Assembly (NCBI GenBank): GCA_049696575.1
Contig: JBAVUB010000592.1
Span: 1-36,935 of the forward strand
Source of the DNA: Acidobacteriaceae bacterium
Lineage (GTDB): Bacteria > Acidobacteriota > Terriglobia > Terriglobales > Acidobacteriaceae
DNA: 36,935 bases
Direction of reading: 5' to 3'
Positions 1 to 8,062 of this stretch are shown here, piece after piece (position 1 is the stretch's first letter; every line of letters starts with the position of its first letter). The translations under genes and the position numbers were made by a program. The notes below the pieces were generated by a model. That model was not told where the DNA came from and made no database searches. It saw nothing but the letters and a program-made list of their open reading frames with translations.

Positions 1-127
1 CCCAGCCACAGTCGCGTGTGAATTGGTTCAGGAATGGCGCTGCTTAGACCGAAGACACCCCGTTCGCTCATACCATTATGAGGGTCGAAATTCATCCGCA
101 GGGCGGCCGTGCCGCACGCCTGAAATC
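1..127. repeat. Terminal direct repeat, copy 1 (identical to 36809..36935)
   Basis: Base-by-base comparison shows the first 127 nt equal the last 127 nt in the same orientation. Confidence 0.97.
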
Positions 128-246
128 CACCGACGGGGCAGCATTGGGGTAACCGGCGCTCAGGTGGGCTGGCACCATTCCTGAGTCACTTTCAAGATGC
201 GAAACATCGCGAGCCGTCACAAGCTCTGCTGCACCCGGGAATCGGG

Positions 247-495
247 TTACTGTGCGGCGGGGGTTGCGGAGGCCGACGACTTGAGCCCGGGCGGCACATA
301 TTGCTGCAGACGGTAATGGATGGGGGTGACCTGAAAAGGCATCTTGTCGCGGGCGCTGACCATCTGCACGGAGCCAAAGTGGAGGGAAAAGACCTCGTCG
401 GTCCAGGGGTCGACGCGCAGGTGGCTTCCGAGGGGGAGAGCGGCAATTTGCTCAAGAAGAGAACCTTGGAGATAGAAACTCGCCTCGCAACACAA
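247..495 (-). pseudogene. Orphan gene fragment, family not recognised
   Basis: 82-codon frame with protein-like composition (LRVDPWTDEVFSLHFGSVQMVSARDKMPFQVTPIHYRLQQY). The only possible start is TTG and no SD is present. It sits in a stretch of other remnants. The opposite-strand frame 301..564 is G/A/D/V-rich, as expected for antisense. Confidence 0.3.
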
Positions 496-933
496 CGGCG
501 GATAAGCTGGAGGACTGTCCGTTCACCGCAGGCGTCCGGCCTTGCTCGCTCACCGTCAAAATGACGCCATGGGCCAAAAGAAAGCCCGGCTGTCTTAGCT
601 TGGCAGCGGGCGAAGAGAAATGCGGTAACTGAGACTGACAATCGCAGGAGAGAGCTTCACTTTTCGCTTGCGACACGGCGGCGTAGCATACATTCCGGTT
701 TGCCGGTGGCACGGCACCCGTCGCCGGGCGCGGCTGGGTATCGACTGCACAGAGATTACCAGGAGAACCGCGAAAGAACTAGCCCGTCGGGTTGGCCCAT
801 CCGAACCGCGCGGGAGTTACACCGAGGCCGCCCTGCGGCTGGCCGAGATCGTTCGCGTCCCGCAAATAAACCGGTCATACGTCCATAATCGCGCTAGCGG
901 AGGCTGCTTTCCACGCTGCTTGCCTGCGTGCTA

Positions 934-1194
934 ATTCGCAGGGGATTCAATGAGTTTCAGGGTGACGTTGCGCCGTGCGCGAATAAGAACCTGACCGCCG
1001 AGGATGATGAAGGGCTTGCCGTCGACCAGCAAAGCATAGCGGCTGCCCCGCTCGACGAGCCGCGGTGGTTCGGCGGCGAAGGCACGGAAGAAGGCCACTG
1101 TGAGGAAAACGGAGAGAAGCGGGGTGGGAGAAGCAAAAGAGAAGTCAGGGCGCGGAAACGCACATAGTTCACCTAAGCACGCGATGTAAATGGT
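934..1194 (-). pseudogene. N-terminal remnant of a GH35-like (DUF5597-type) beta-galactosidase
   Basis: My own translation of the minus strand gives ...PLLSVFLTVAFFRAFAAEPPRLVERGSRYALLVDGKPFIILGGQV, followed by unrelated residues and a stop at 931..933. This is a signal peptide plus the conserved L.VDGKPF.ILGG N-terminus of that family. There is no ATG/GTG/TTG ahead of the signal peptide, and only about 70 of the expected 500+ residues are present. Confidence 0.5.
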
Positions 1195-1257
1195 TCAAAT
1201 CCCTTATGGGATGCCGGCAAATCAATAGCTTCACCCGATTCCGTCCTTCGGCACCCT

Positions 1258-3810
1258 TTACGATTCCCGCAAGATGGGAACCGAGGGCCGCGGTTCAATG
1301 GGTTTGGTGGCGATCTGGACGGTGGCAGACGTCAGGTCGGGGCCGTCCCAGCCGTCCTTTTCCGCCGTGATGTGAATGGCGCCGGGGCGTTTCGTGCTCT
1401 GGATGATGACCTGCGCGAGGCCGTTGAAAAGCGAACGTTTGGGTTCTTTATCGCTCTCGAGGCAGTTGGGATTGCCGTTGCCCACGCCGATGAGCTTGCC
1501 GGGACCGGCGATGGTGAAGGCGATGTGATTGTCCGCGAGGGGAACCAGGCGGCCTTCCTTGTCGAGGCCTTCAACCTTGAGGATCGCGACATCTTCGCCA
1601 TCGGCGTTGATCTCAGTGCGGTCGGCGGTGAGGCGGATGGAGACGGTGGGGCCGGTGGTCTCGCGCTTCTCGGTGAGAGCGACTTCGCCGCCTTTGTAGC
1701 CGCGCGCCTCGATGACGCCGGGCTCGTACTTCGCCTTCCACTCGACATGGCCCAGGTGCGGAACCTTTTGCCGTCCCAGGCTGGAGCCGTTGACGAACAG
1801 CTCGACCTCATCGAGGTTGGAATAAACCCAGACCGGGATCTCGTCGCCTTCGCGCCCGTGCCAGTTCCAGTGAGGGAAGAGATGGAGCGAGGGCTCTTTA
1901 CCCCACCAGGCGCGGTAGTAGTAGAAGTAGTCCTTCGGAAAGCCGCACATATCCACGATGCCGAACTGGGAGTTGATGGAAGGCCAGCCATAGGGAGTAG
2001 GTTCGCCGCGATAGTCGAAGCCTGTCCACGCAAAGCCCCCGGCTTCCCAGTCGCGTGTGCCGTAGAAGGTCCACCACTCTTCCGGTGTTTCGCCCCAGCG
2101 GACGACACCGTCATAGGAATTGACCGTGTTGCGCAGTGGGTCGGTGGAGTACTCGCCGCGGGTACTGATGGCGCTGGAGGTTTCCGATCCATAGAGAGCG
2201 CGTTTGGAGTGCTCCTTGTGGTAGGGGTCGGGCAGCCTGAGGTTGTAGTTGAAGCCGATGATGTCGAGGGCATCGGAGACGCCCTTTTCGTTGCTTCCGT
2301 TGACGGCGGCGGAGACGACGCGGGTGGGGTCGAGCTCGTGGCAGCGCTGGACCATGGTGGCGACGATTTTGGCGCCCTGCTCGGCCATCGGTTCCTGAAG
2401 GATGAACTCTTCGTTGCCGACGGACCAGATGACGATGGAGGGTGAATTGCGATAGCGCTTGACCATGACTTCAAGTTGCGAGAGGCCCTCGGGGCTGGAG
2501 CTCATCTGGCGGGTTTCGCACATCATCATGACGCCCATGCGGTCGCAGGCTTCGACCCACTCCGGGGCGGGCATGTTGTGGGAGGTGCGCACAGCGTTGC
2601 ACCCCATGGCCTGAAGAACGCCGATGCGGTAAGCCTGCAGGCGGTCGGGGAGGGCGGCGCCGACGCCGGCGTGATCCTGGTGGTTGCAGGTGCCCTGAAT
2701 CTTGAGGGATTTGCCGTTGAGGAAGAATCCTTTCTCCGGATCGAAGACAGCGGTACGGATGCCGAAGCTGACGCGTTCAGCATCGCGGGGCTGGCCATCA
2801 GACTGGACGGTGACGATGGCGGAGTAGAGATTGGGATGGTCGACCGACCAGAGCGCGGGACTGGAAAGGTTGGCCGTGGCGGTGTACGGGGCCGAATGGT
2901 CGACGGGGATGGACTGCTCGGGCGATTCGGCGGTGGCGACGGTAGCGCCCCTGGCATCGAGAATCTTCCAGCTGACTTTGGCGGTAGCGGGTTGCTTACC
3001 CTGATTGCGGACCACGGTGGAGAGAGCGAGCGTGGCCGAGTCGCCGTTGACGGTGGCGCGAACGACGCTGTCCCACTTGCCTAAGTGGACGGCATCGGTT
3101 TTGGTGAGCCAGACGTGGCGGTAGACGCCAGCGCCTTCGTAGAACCAGCCATCGCCGAAGCTGGCATCGACGCGGAGGACGATATAGTTTTTCGCGCCGT
3201 AGGCGATGAAGTCGGTGAGGTCGAAGCGGAAGGGAGCGTAGCCGTTATCGTTGCGGCCGATGAAGCAGCCGTTGACGAAGACGAATACGTCGCGCATGGC
3301 GCCGTCGAACTCGACCCAGATGCGGCGGCCGAGGTCGGTGGCGGGGATATCGAATTCGCGGCGGTACCAGCCGATGCTGGTTTCAGGAAAACGGCGGCCA
3401 AGGGGCTTGTATCCGTGCGATTTGAGGGCGTTGTCTCCGCCACCGGAGTCGTCGTGGACGAAGGGGAGTTCGACCGCCCAGTCGTGGGGCAGGTTGAGGG
3501 TGCGCCAGGTGGAGTCGTCGAAGCTGGCCTTGGCGAAATTGAATTCTCCGGTCTTGCTGAAGTCGCTCTGGCCGTAACCGAAGCCGAGGTCTTTGGAAGG
3601 ATCGCAGCCGTTGCCGAGGGTGAATTTCCAACCGAAGTCGAAGAGGAACTGCTCGCGCGGGCCCACGGCGGGAATGGCCGCCACGGAGGGTTCAGCGGAT
3701 TCTGCTGCGAGCAGCGCGGCGGTTCGGGCGAAGGCGGAGCGGGCGGTCAAAGAGGAGGCAGAGAGAACGACTCCGGATAAGAGCAGGTCGCGGCGAGTGA
3801 TGAAGGGCAT
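1258..3810 (-). CDS. Glycoside hydrolase family 2 (beta-galactosidase-like), Tat/Sec exported
   Basis: 850 aa. GH2 blocks are present: NLPHDWAVELPF, GWYRREFDIP, NHQDHAGVGAALPD, AVRTSHNMPAPEWVEACDRMGVMMMCE, IVIWSVGNEE (acid/base Glu) and YGSETSS (nucleophile Glu). The N-terminus ITRRDLLLSGVVLSASS looks like a twin-arginine signal. Confidence 0.92.
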   Translation of the reverse strand: MPFITRRDLLLSGVVLSASSLTARSAFARTAALLAAESAEPSVAAIPAVGPREQFLFDFGWKFTLGNGCDPSKDLGFGYGQSDFSKTGEFNFAKASFDDSTWRTLNLPHDWAVELPFVHDDSGGGDNALKSHGYKPLGRRFPETSIGWYRREFDIPATDLGRRIWVEFDGAMRDVFVFVNGCFIGRNDNGYAPFRFDLTDFIAYGAKNYIVLRVDASFGDGWFYEGAGVYRHVWLTKTDAVHLGKWDSVVRATVNGDSATLALSTVVRNQGKQPATAKVSWKILDARGATVATAESPEQSIPVDHSAPYTATANLSSPALWSVDHPNLYSAIVTVQSDGQPRDAERVSFGIRTAVFDPEKGFFLNGKSLKIQGTCNHQDHAGVGAALPDRLQAYRIGVLQAMGCNAVRTSHNMPAPEWVEACDRMGVMMMCETRQMSSSPEGLSQLEVMVKRYRNSPSIVIWSVGNEEFILQEPMAEQGAKIVATMVQRCHELDPTRVVSAAVNGSNEKGVSDALDIIGFNYNLRLPDPYHKEHSKRALYGSETSSAISTRGEYSTDPLRNTVNSYDGVVRWGETPEEWWTFYGTRDWEAGGFAWTGFDYRGEPTPYGWPSINSQFGIVDMCGFPKDYFYYYRAWWGKEPSLHLFPHWNWHGREGDEIPVWVYSNLDEVELFVNGSSLGRQKVPHLGHVEWKAKYEPGVIEARGYKGGEVALTEKRETTGPTVSIRLTADRTEINADGEDVAILKVEGLDKEGRLVPLADNHIAFTIAGPGKLIGVGNGNPNCLESDKEPKRSLFNGLAQVIIQSTKRPGAIHITAEKDGWDGPDLTSATVQIATKPIEPRPSVPILRES

Positions 3811-3828
3811 AGAGGCCTCGATGAACGG

Positions 3829-3841
3829 TGAAATCGTTTCA
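3829..3841. promoter_or_regulatory. Candidate LacI-type operator-like site upstream of the GH2 gene
   Basis: TGAAATCGTTTCA has TGAAA/TTTCA inverted arms. Its first 11 nt are identical to the site at 5155. It lies 19-31 nt upstream of the GH2 start codon, in the 105-bp GH27-GH2 spacer. Confidence 0.35.
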
Positions 3842-3915
3842 GAGAGTCCGGTCGGAATTGTACTCCCGGATTTGCGTTCCTATTAGCGATGAGCTTCAGC
3901 TGCGATCCTCGAAGA

Positions 3916-5100
3916 TCAGGGTTCGATGGTGATCATGACCACGCCGTGTCCGGGAACTTGAGCGGCGTAGCTCCCCTTTTGTCCGGTGAGTTGCTTTCCG
4001 CTCCAAAGATCGCGCACGGTTGCCGTGAGGCTGTCTGGGTAGCCGATGTCGGTCCACGCGGCTTCAATAGCAGCGGGGGTGGTGGAGCGATTGAGCAGCA
4101 CAACTGCGCGGCCGCCATCGGCGAGCTGTTTGGACCAGACTTCGAGGTCGCCATCTTTCTTCACGCGATGGCCCTGCCGTCCCAGAGGATCCTGATCGAC
4201 CGCGATAACGGCGCGGTTGAGGAGAATCTCTCGCGTATCGGCTGACATGTTGCTGACGTCGGTGCCCACCAGCAGCGGCGCCGAAAAGAGAGCCCACATG
4301 CTGAAATGGGCGCGATATTCCTCGGTGGTCATGCCGCCATTGCCGACTTCGAGCATGTCGGGATCGTTCCAGTGACCGGGTCCGGAGTAGCTCTCGATGC
4401 CATTCATCTGATCGATGATTTGCACGAAGCCATTGCCGCCCCAGGGTTTTTTGCAATCCCAGCAGTCCTGAATATCGCCGGTGGAGCGCCACAGATTGCC
4501 CACCGGTCCGGCCCACAACCAGGGTTTAGAGGAGCCCCACTCGCAGATGCTGAAGACGATGGGGCGGCCGGCGTCGGCGAGTGCGTTGCGAAAGAGGGTG
4601 TAGGACGACTCGCTGTTCTGGCCGGGGAGAGTATGGCACCAATCCTCCTTCACATAGTCGACGCCCCACGCGGCATATTGCTTCGCGTCCTGGTATTCAT
4701 GGCCCATGGTTCCGGGCCGGCCTTCGCAGGTATTGGTGCCGGCGTCGGTATAGAGACCGAATCTGAGGCCTTTGCCGTGGATGTAGTCGGCGAGCGCTTT
4801 AATTCCGGAGGGGAATCTGGAGGGGTCGGCGACGATGTTGCCCTGGGCATCGCGGCTGATCTGCCAGCAGTCGTCGAGCACCACGAACTGGTATCCGGCG
4901 TCCTTCATGCCATTGGTGGCGAGGGCGTCGGCGGTGGAGCGAACGACCGCCTCGTTCAATCCTTTGCAGGCGTACTTGTTCCAGCTGTTCCAGCCCATAG
5001 GCGGCGTTTTGGCAAGGCCGTTGTCCAGCGTGTACCCGGCTGCCGGAATGCCAATGGCGGCGATGATGACCACGGCGCGAAAGAAGGTGCCCCTGCTCAT
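3916..5100 (-). CDS. Glycoside hydrolase family 27 alpha-galactosidase, secreted
   Basis: 394 aa. Signal peptide followed by TPPMGWNSWNKYAC, YQFVVLDDCWQ, VDYVKEDWC, FSICEWG and WNDPDMLEVGNGGMT. An SD (GAGGAGAA) precedes the ATG. Confidence 0.93.
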   Translation of the reverse strand: MSRGTFFRAVVIIAAIGIPAAGYTLDNGLAKTPPMGWNSWNKYACKGLNEAVVRSTADALATNGMKDAGYQFVVLDDCWQISRDAQGNIVADPSRFPSGIKALADYIHGKGLRFGLYTDAGTNTCEGRPGTMGHEYQDAKQYAAWGVDYVKEDWCHTLPGQNSESSYTLFRNALADAGRPIVFSICEWGSSKPWLWAGPVGNLWRSTGDIQDCWDCKKPWGGNGFVQIIDQMNGIESYSGPGHWNDPDMLEVGNGGMTTEEYRAHFSMWALFSAPLLVGTDVSNMSADTREILLNRAVIAVDQDPLGRQGHRVKKDGDLEVWSKQLADGGRAVVLLNRSTTPAAIEAAWTDIGYPDSLTATVRDLWSGKQLTGQKGSYAAQVPGHGVVMITIEP

Positions 5101-5154
5101 AGTTCTCCTCGTTCTCCGATTTCGATCGCGCGGAGAGCTGCAGCCGCAGCGCTC

Positions 5155-5168
5155 TGAAATCGTTTACA
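5155..5168. promoter_or_regulatory. Candidate LacI-family operator in the divergent GH27 / A1 intergenic region
   Basis: TGAAATCGTTTACA fits the generic LacI/CcpA-type pattern TGWAANCGNTNWCA at every defined position. It lies 55-68 nt upstream of the GH27 start and 204 nt upstream of 5372. It is related to the sites at 20048 and 20079. Confidence 0.5.
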
Positions 5169-5371
5169 TCGAAGTCCGTTCGCAATTGTAATCCCAGGAC
5201 GCGGCGGCCGTAATTTTCTGTTGCAGTCCGTTGTGGAAGACGGGGATCCAGCATGCCGGTGGGCCAGAGATGGTGACCCTCGTCACGGAGAGGCAGGAGA
5301 ATCTGCGCCTATAATCTTGGCCGAAGTTTAAGGGTCTCAGATCTTCCTCGAGTACGAGGAGAGGATCGTGC

Positions 5372-6598
5372 ATGGGCATCAGCGCGGACCAGAACGCGTG
5401 GCGTGGCGAGAGCATTGGGAATTCGGATGCCCTGCTGGACCCTTCCCGGCGCGCTTTTCTGCGCGGGGCGGGCTTGCTGATGGCGGAGACGATCCTTCGC
5501 GAGGCGGGAGCCGCTGGAGAGCCGGGGACGCTCGCGGCATCCGGTGACAAGACGATCCTCGTGGTGGTTGGCGGCGTGCGCCGGGCAGAGACATTCTCAC
5601 GCGACGGTCTTGCGAACATCCCGCATCTGGGCGGCGATCTGTTTGCGCAGTGTCTGTTTTATCCGCACACGCGGAACGAGGGCGTAACCGCGCATTTCAA
5701 TGCGATCTCGAGCATTCTTACCGGGAACTGGCAGCGGGTGGACGACTGGGGCAAGCTGGCTCCGACCACGCCCACGCTCTTTGAGCAGTTTCGCCGGGAG
5801 CGGAAGGCAGACCGCAGCGACACCTGGGTTGTGGCCAGCAATAAGGCGCTGACGAGTCTAATCGGGGCGAGTTCGGCGGCGGGATACGGGCCGGAGTACG
5901 GCGCGAATGTTGTTTTTCCGAAGCAACTCATGCTGACGGCCGTGGTGGATGCGATACGCAGCGGGCGCACAGCGGTGATGGCGGATCGCGCCAAGGTGGA
6001 AGCGGAACTGGAGAGCGTAATTGCGGGAGCCAACTATGAAGGGCTGGGCTGGACCGTCTTCGATGCCGCCCAGTCTCTGGATCCGCGCGCGAAGGCGACC
6101 ATCGAGACAGCGATCGCGAGCTTTGTGCGCAGCGGCGGGCCGACCAGTGGTGATGAGCTCACGTTTTTCATGACGCGGGAGATCATGTGCAAATTCTCGC
6201 CGCGGGTGCTGGTGGTTGCGTTGTCCGACGTTGAAGTTGCGCATTTCGGCTCGTATGCGATGCATCTGGCGGGAGTCAGAACCGCCGACCGGCTGGTATG
6301 GCAACTGTGGAATGAGGTGGAAGCGAATCCCGATTACAGGGGCAGAACTACGATGCTGATCCTTCCGGAGTTTGGGCGGGATCCCGATGGTTCGTCGACG
6401 AATGGGTTTTTCAATCACCGGGCTAATGACGACTCGACGCGCGATACATGGATGATGGCGCTGGGTGCGGCCGTGGAGAAACCCGACGTAGTGGAACGAC
6501 CGATTCGCCACGTGGACGTTTGCCCGACGCTGGCGAGCCTGCTGGGATGCAAGCCGATGGAGACCCAGGGGAGACGACTCGATGAATTTCGGGTGTAG
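5372..6598 (+). CDS. Tat-exported DUF1501-like / alkaline-phosphatase-superfamily protein (A1), function unknown
   Basis: 408 aa. An SD (GAGGAGAGGA) precedes the ATG and the twin-arginine motif is SRRAFLRGAG. Blocks VVVGGVRRAETF, DVEVAHFG, ILPEFGRDPD and FNHRAND resemble DUF1501/sulfatase-like cores by eye. Paralog of 25721..26914. Confidence 0.8.
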   Translation: MGISADQNAWRGESIGNSDALLDPSRRAFLRGAGLLMAETILREAGAAGEPGTLAASGDKTILVVVGGVRRAETFSRDGLANIPHLGGDLFAQCLFYPHTRNEGVTAHFNAISSILTGNWQRVDDWGKLAPTTPTLFEQFRRERKADRSDTWVVASNKALTSLIGASSAAGYGPEYGANVVFPKQLMLTAVVDAIRSGRTAVMADRAKVEAELESVIAGANYEGLGWTVFDAAQSLDPRAKATIETAIASFVRSGGPTSGDELTFFMTREIMCKFSPRVLVVALSDVEVAHFGSYAMHLAGVRTADRLVWQLWNEVEANPDYRGRTTMLILPEFGRDPDGSSTNGFFNHRANDDSTRDTWMMALGAAVEKPDVVERPIRHVDVCPTLASLLGCKPMETQGRRLDEFRV

Positions 6599-6627
6599 CT
6601 GACGGGACCGCGTCCGGAGACGTTTTG

Positions 6628-7938
6628 ATGGATGAAGCCATGACGGGAGAGAACGCATATCCCACGGAACTCGAGAGGGTGCTGCAACAAGGGGTGCTGA
6701 CGCGGCTCCCGCTGACGTTTCTTCCGTTCGTCAACCAGCAGCTTCATCAGTGGGAGTATCTGTTTCCGAACGAACGCAACGCGGTGGAGCGGCTGCTGGT
6801 GTACGTAGCCAGCCTCAGCGATGAGGATTCCGCTGCGCTGTTTCGGGATGTGTTCGCGGTGCAGGAGAAGATTGGTGTCCGACACTGGCACTTTTCCACC
6901 AACGAACAGACGATCGAGAACTCCTCGGAGCTGGCGCGGTCGCCGTACTTTCAGGAGTGGAGACAGGCGGTGCAGGCGGTATTCGACGCGGCCGACCGCC
7001 ATGCCCGGGAGATGCACGGAACGCCTGCGGCATCGCGGCACCGGCTCGTGTTGCTGGAATTTCCGAGGACACTACCATTCGACCCGGCAACGGTATGGGC
7101 TCGCTGGCAGGGCGCCGGCAAAGTGGTGCCTATGGATCGGAACTCGGTCGGGTCGGGAGCCGGGACTCTGGCAACGCTGCTCCTGGGTACGCCGCCAGGG
7201 TCCGCGGGTGCGTTTGGGGGGCTTTTGAGGGCAGCGCGCGGCCAGCCCGCTGTGCATGCAGATGCGTGGGTAATCGATGCGGGCCGAGAGCTGATCGATC
7301 CTCTCGTATCGCCGGAGAGCGCGGGTGGTTCCACTCTTCTGTTGAGCTGTGGCCGATTGGAATCCTTTCGGCAGAGCTTCTCGCATGAGATGAATACCAT
7401 GCGCAAAGACCTGACCGATGCCGATGCGGTGTTCGATCGGTTGCGCAAGGTGGATGTATCGGCCTGGTGTCCCCCCGAGGTTGCGGGGGACGCGGCGCTG
7501 CGTGAATTTGTGCGCTCGGTTTATCTGTCAGGAAACGGGGCGGTAATTTTCGGCAATTCGTTTGTGGAGTGGGCGGCTTCGGAGGCGTTCCGCCGGGCGC
7601 GGCCAACGCTGCTGGCGGCGCGGTTCGGCGTGCGGAGCAAGCCGAAACCTTTTACCGGAGTTGCCGTGTTCGAGAACCAGGATCAGGTGAATCCGCTTCC
7701 GGCCGTCGACGATTGCGAAGGCAGTGCGCTGGATGCGCAGATCCTGGCTCTTTATATATGGAGGGCCGCGGGCCGCTACGCCGAGTACCAGAACTCAACG
7801 GTTTGCGTGTGCATCGCCGAGAGCCTGGCACAGGCGTATGTGATCGCTCCGTCCGACTTTCGTCTTGCAGCGGAGCCCGAACCAATTGCACCGGACCGGC
7901 TCGGGAGCAAGCTCCTCGAGTGGTTTGCGCAGGCGTAG
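6628..7938 (+). CDS. Uncharacterised protein B1 (no signal peptide), partner of A1
   Basis: 436 aa. GGAGA lies 8 nt upstream of the ATG at 6628; the track start at 6625 is a TTG one codon earlier. Composition is protein-like. It is colinear with 26918..28126 (LP..F.P...., FPNER.AVE, SGNGAVIFGNSFVEWAASEAFRRA...ARF). I recognise no known domain. Confidence 0.75.
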   Translation: MDEAMTGENAYPTELERVLQQGVLTRLPLTFLPFVNQQLHQWEYLFPNERNAVERLLVYVASLSDEDSAALFRDVFAVQEKIGVRHWHFSTNEQTIENSSELARSPYFQEWRQAVQAVFDAADRHAREMHGTPAASRHRLVLLEFPRTLPFDPATVWARWQGAGKVVPMDRNSVGSGAGTLATLLLGTPPGSAGAFGGLLRAARGQPAVHADAWVIDAGRELIDPLVSPESAGGSTLLLSCGRLESFRQSFSHEMNTMRKDLTDADAVFDRLRKVDVSAWCPPEVAGDAALREFVRSVYLSGNGAVIFGNSFVEWAASEAFRRARPTLLAARFGVRSKPKPFTGVAVFENQDQVNPLPAVDDCEGSALDAQILALYIWRAAGRYAEYQNSTVCVCIAESLAQAYVIAPSDFRLAAEPEPIAPDRLGSKLLEWFAQA

Positions 7939-8062
7939 TTCCGGGCGTGGGAGACGCGCACACCAGAGCGGTCCGGGCCGCGCAGAGGCGTCACCCCTGG
8001 TCGTACAATGGACGTTGTCGCGTGTTCGTGAAGCGTGCCGGAGGGTACACGGTCGAACAGCC

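Noticed and set aside
79-150. 23-codon ORF MRVEIHPQGGRAARLKSTDGAALG inside and next to the terminal repeat, vaguely like an aldose-1-epimerase N-terminus.
   Set aside because: It is too short, the similarity is impressionistic, and it is followed immediately by a stop.
668-934. 88-aa ORF (and the overlapping 700..888 and 452..712 ORFs) in the remnant region. A possible HTH-like stretch is TEITRRTAKELARRVG.
   Set aside because: The ORF is Arg-rich with no recognisable family and no SD. Competing ORFs occupy several frames. I cannot support it as a gene.
1190-1215. tRNA T-arm-like string GGTTCAAATCC (1192..1202) followed by ATGGGATGCC, which might be a tRNA 3' remnant or att site.
   Set aside because: I could not fold an acceptor stem, anticodon arm or D-arm from the upstream sequence, and the T-stem has a mismatch. 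There is no integrase nearby. The string overlaps the open frame of the GH35-like remnant. It is probably coincidental, though a tRNAscan or Aragorn run would settle it.
5659-5667. DnaA-box-like TTATCCGCA.
   Set aside because: It is a single 8/9 match inside the A1 coding sequence. There is no cluster of boxes and no adjacent AT-rich unwinding element, so it is not evidence for an origin.
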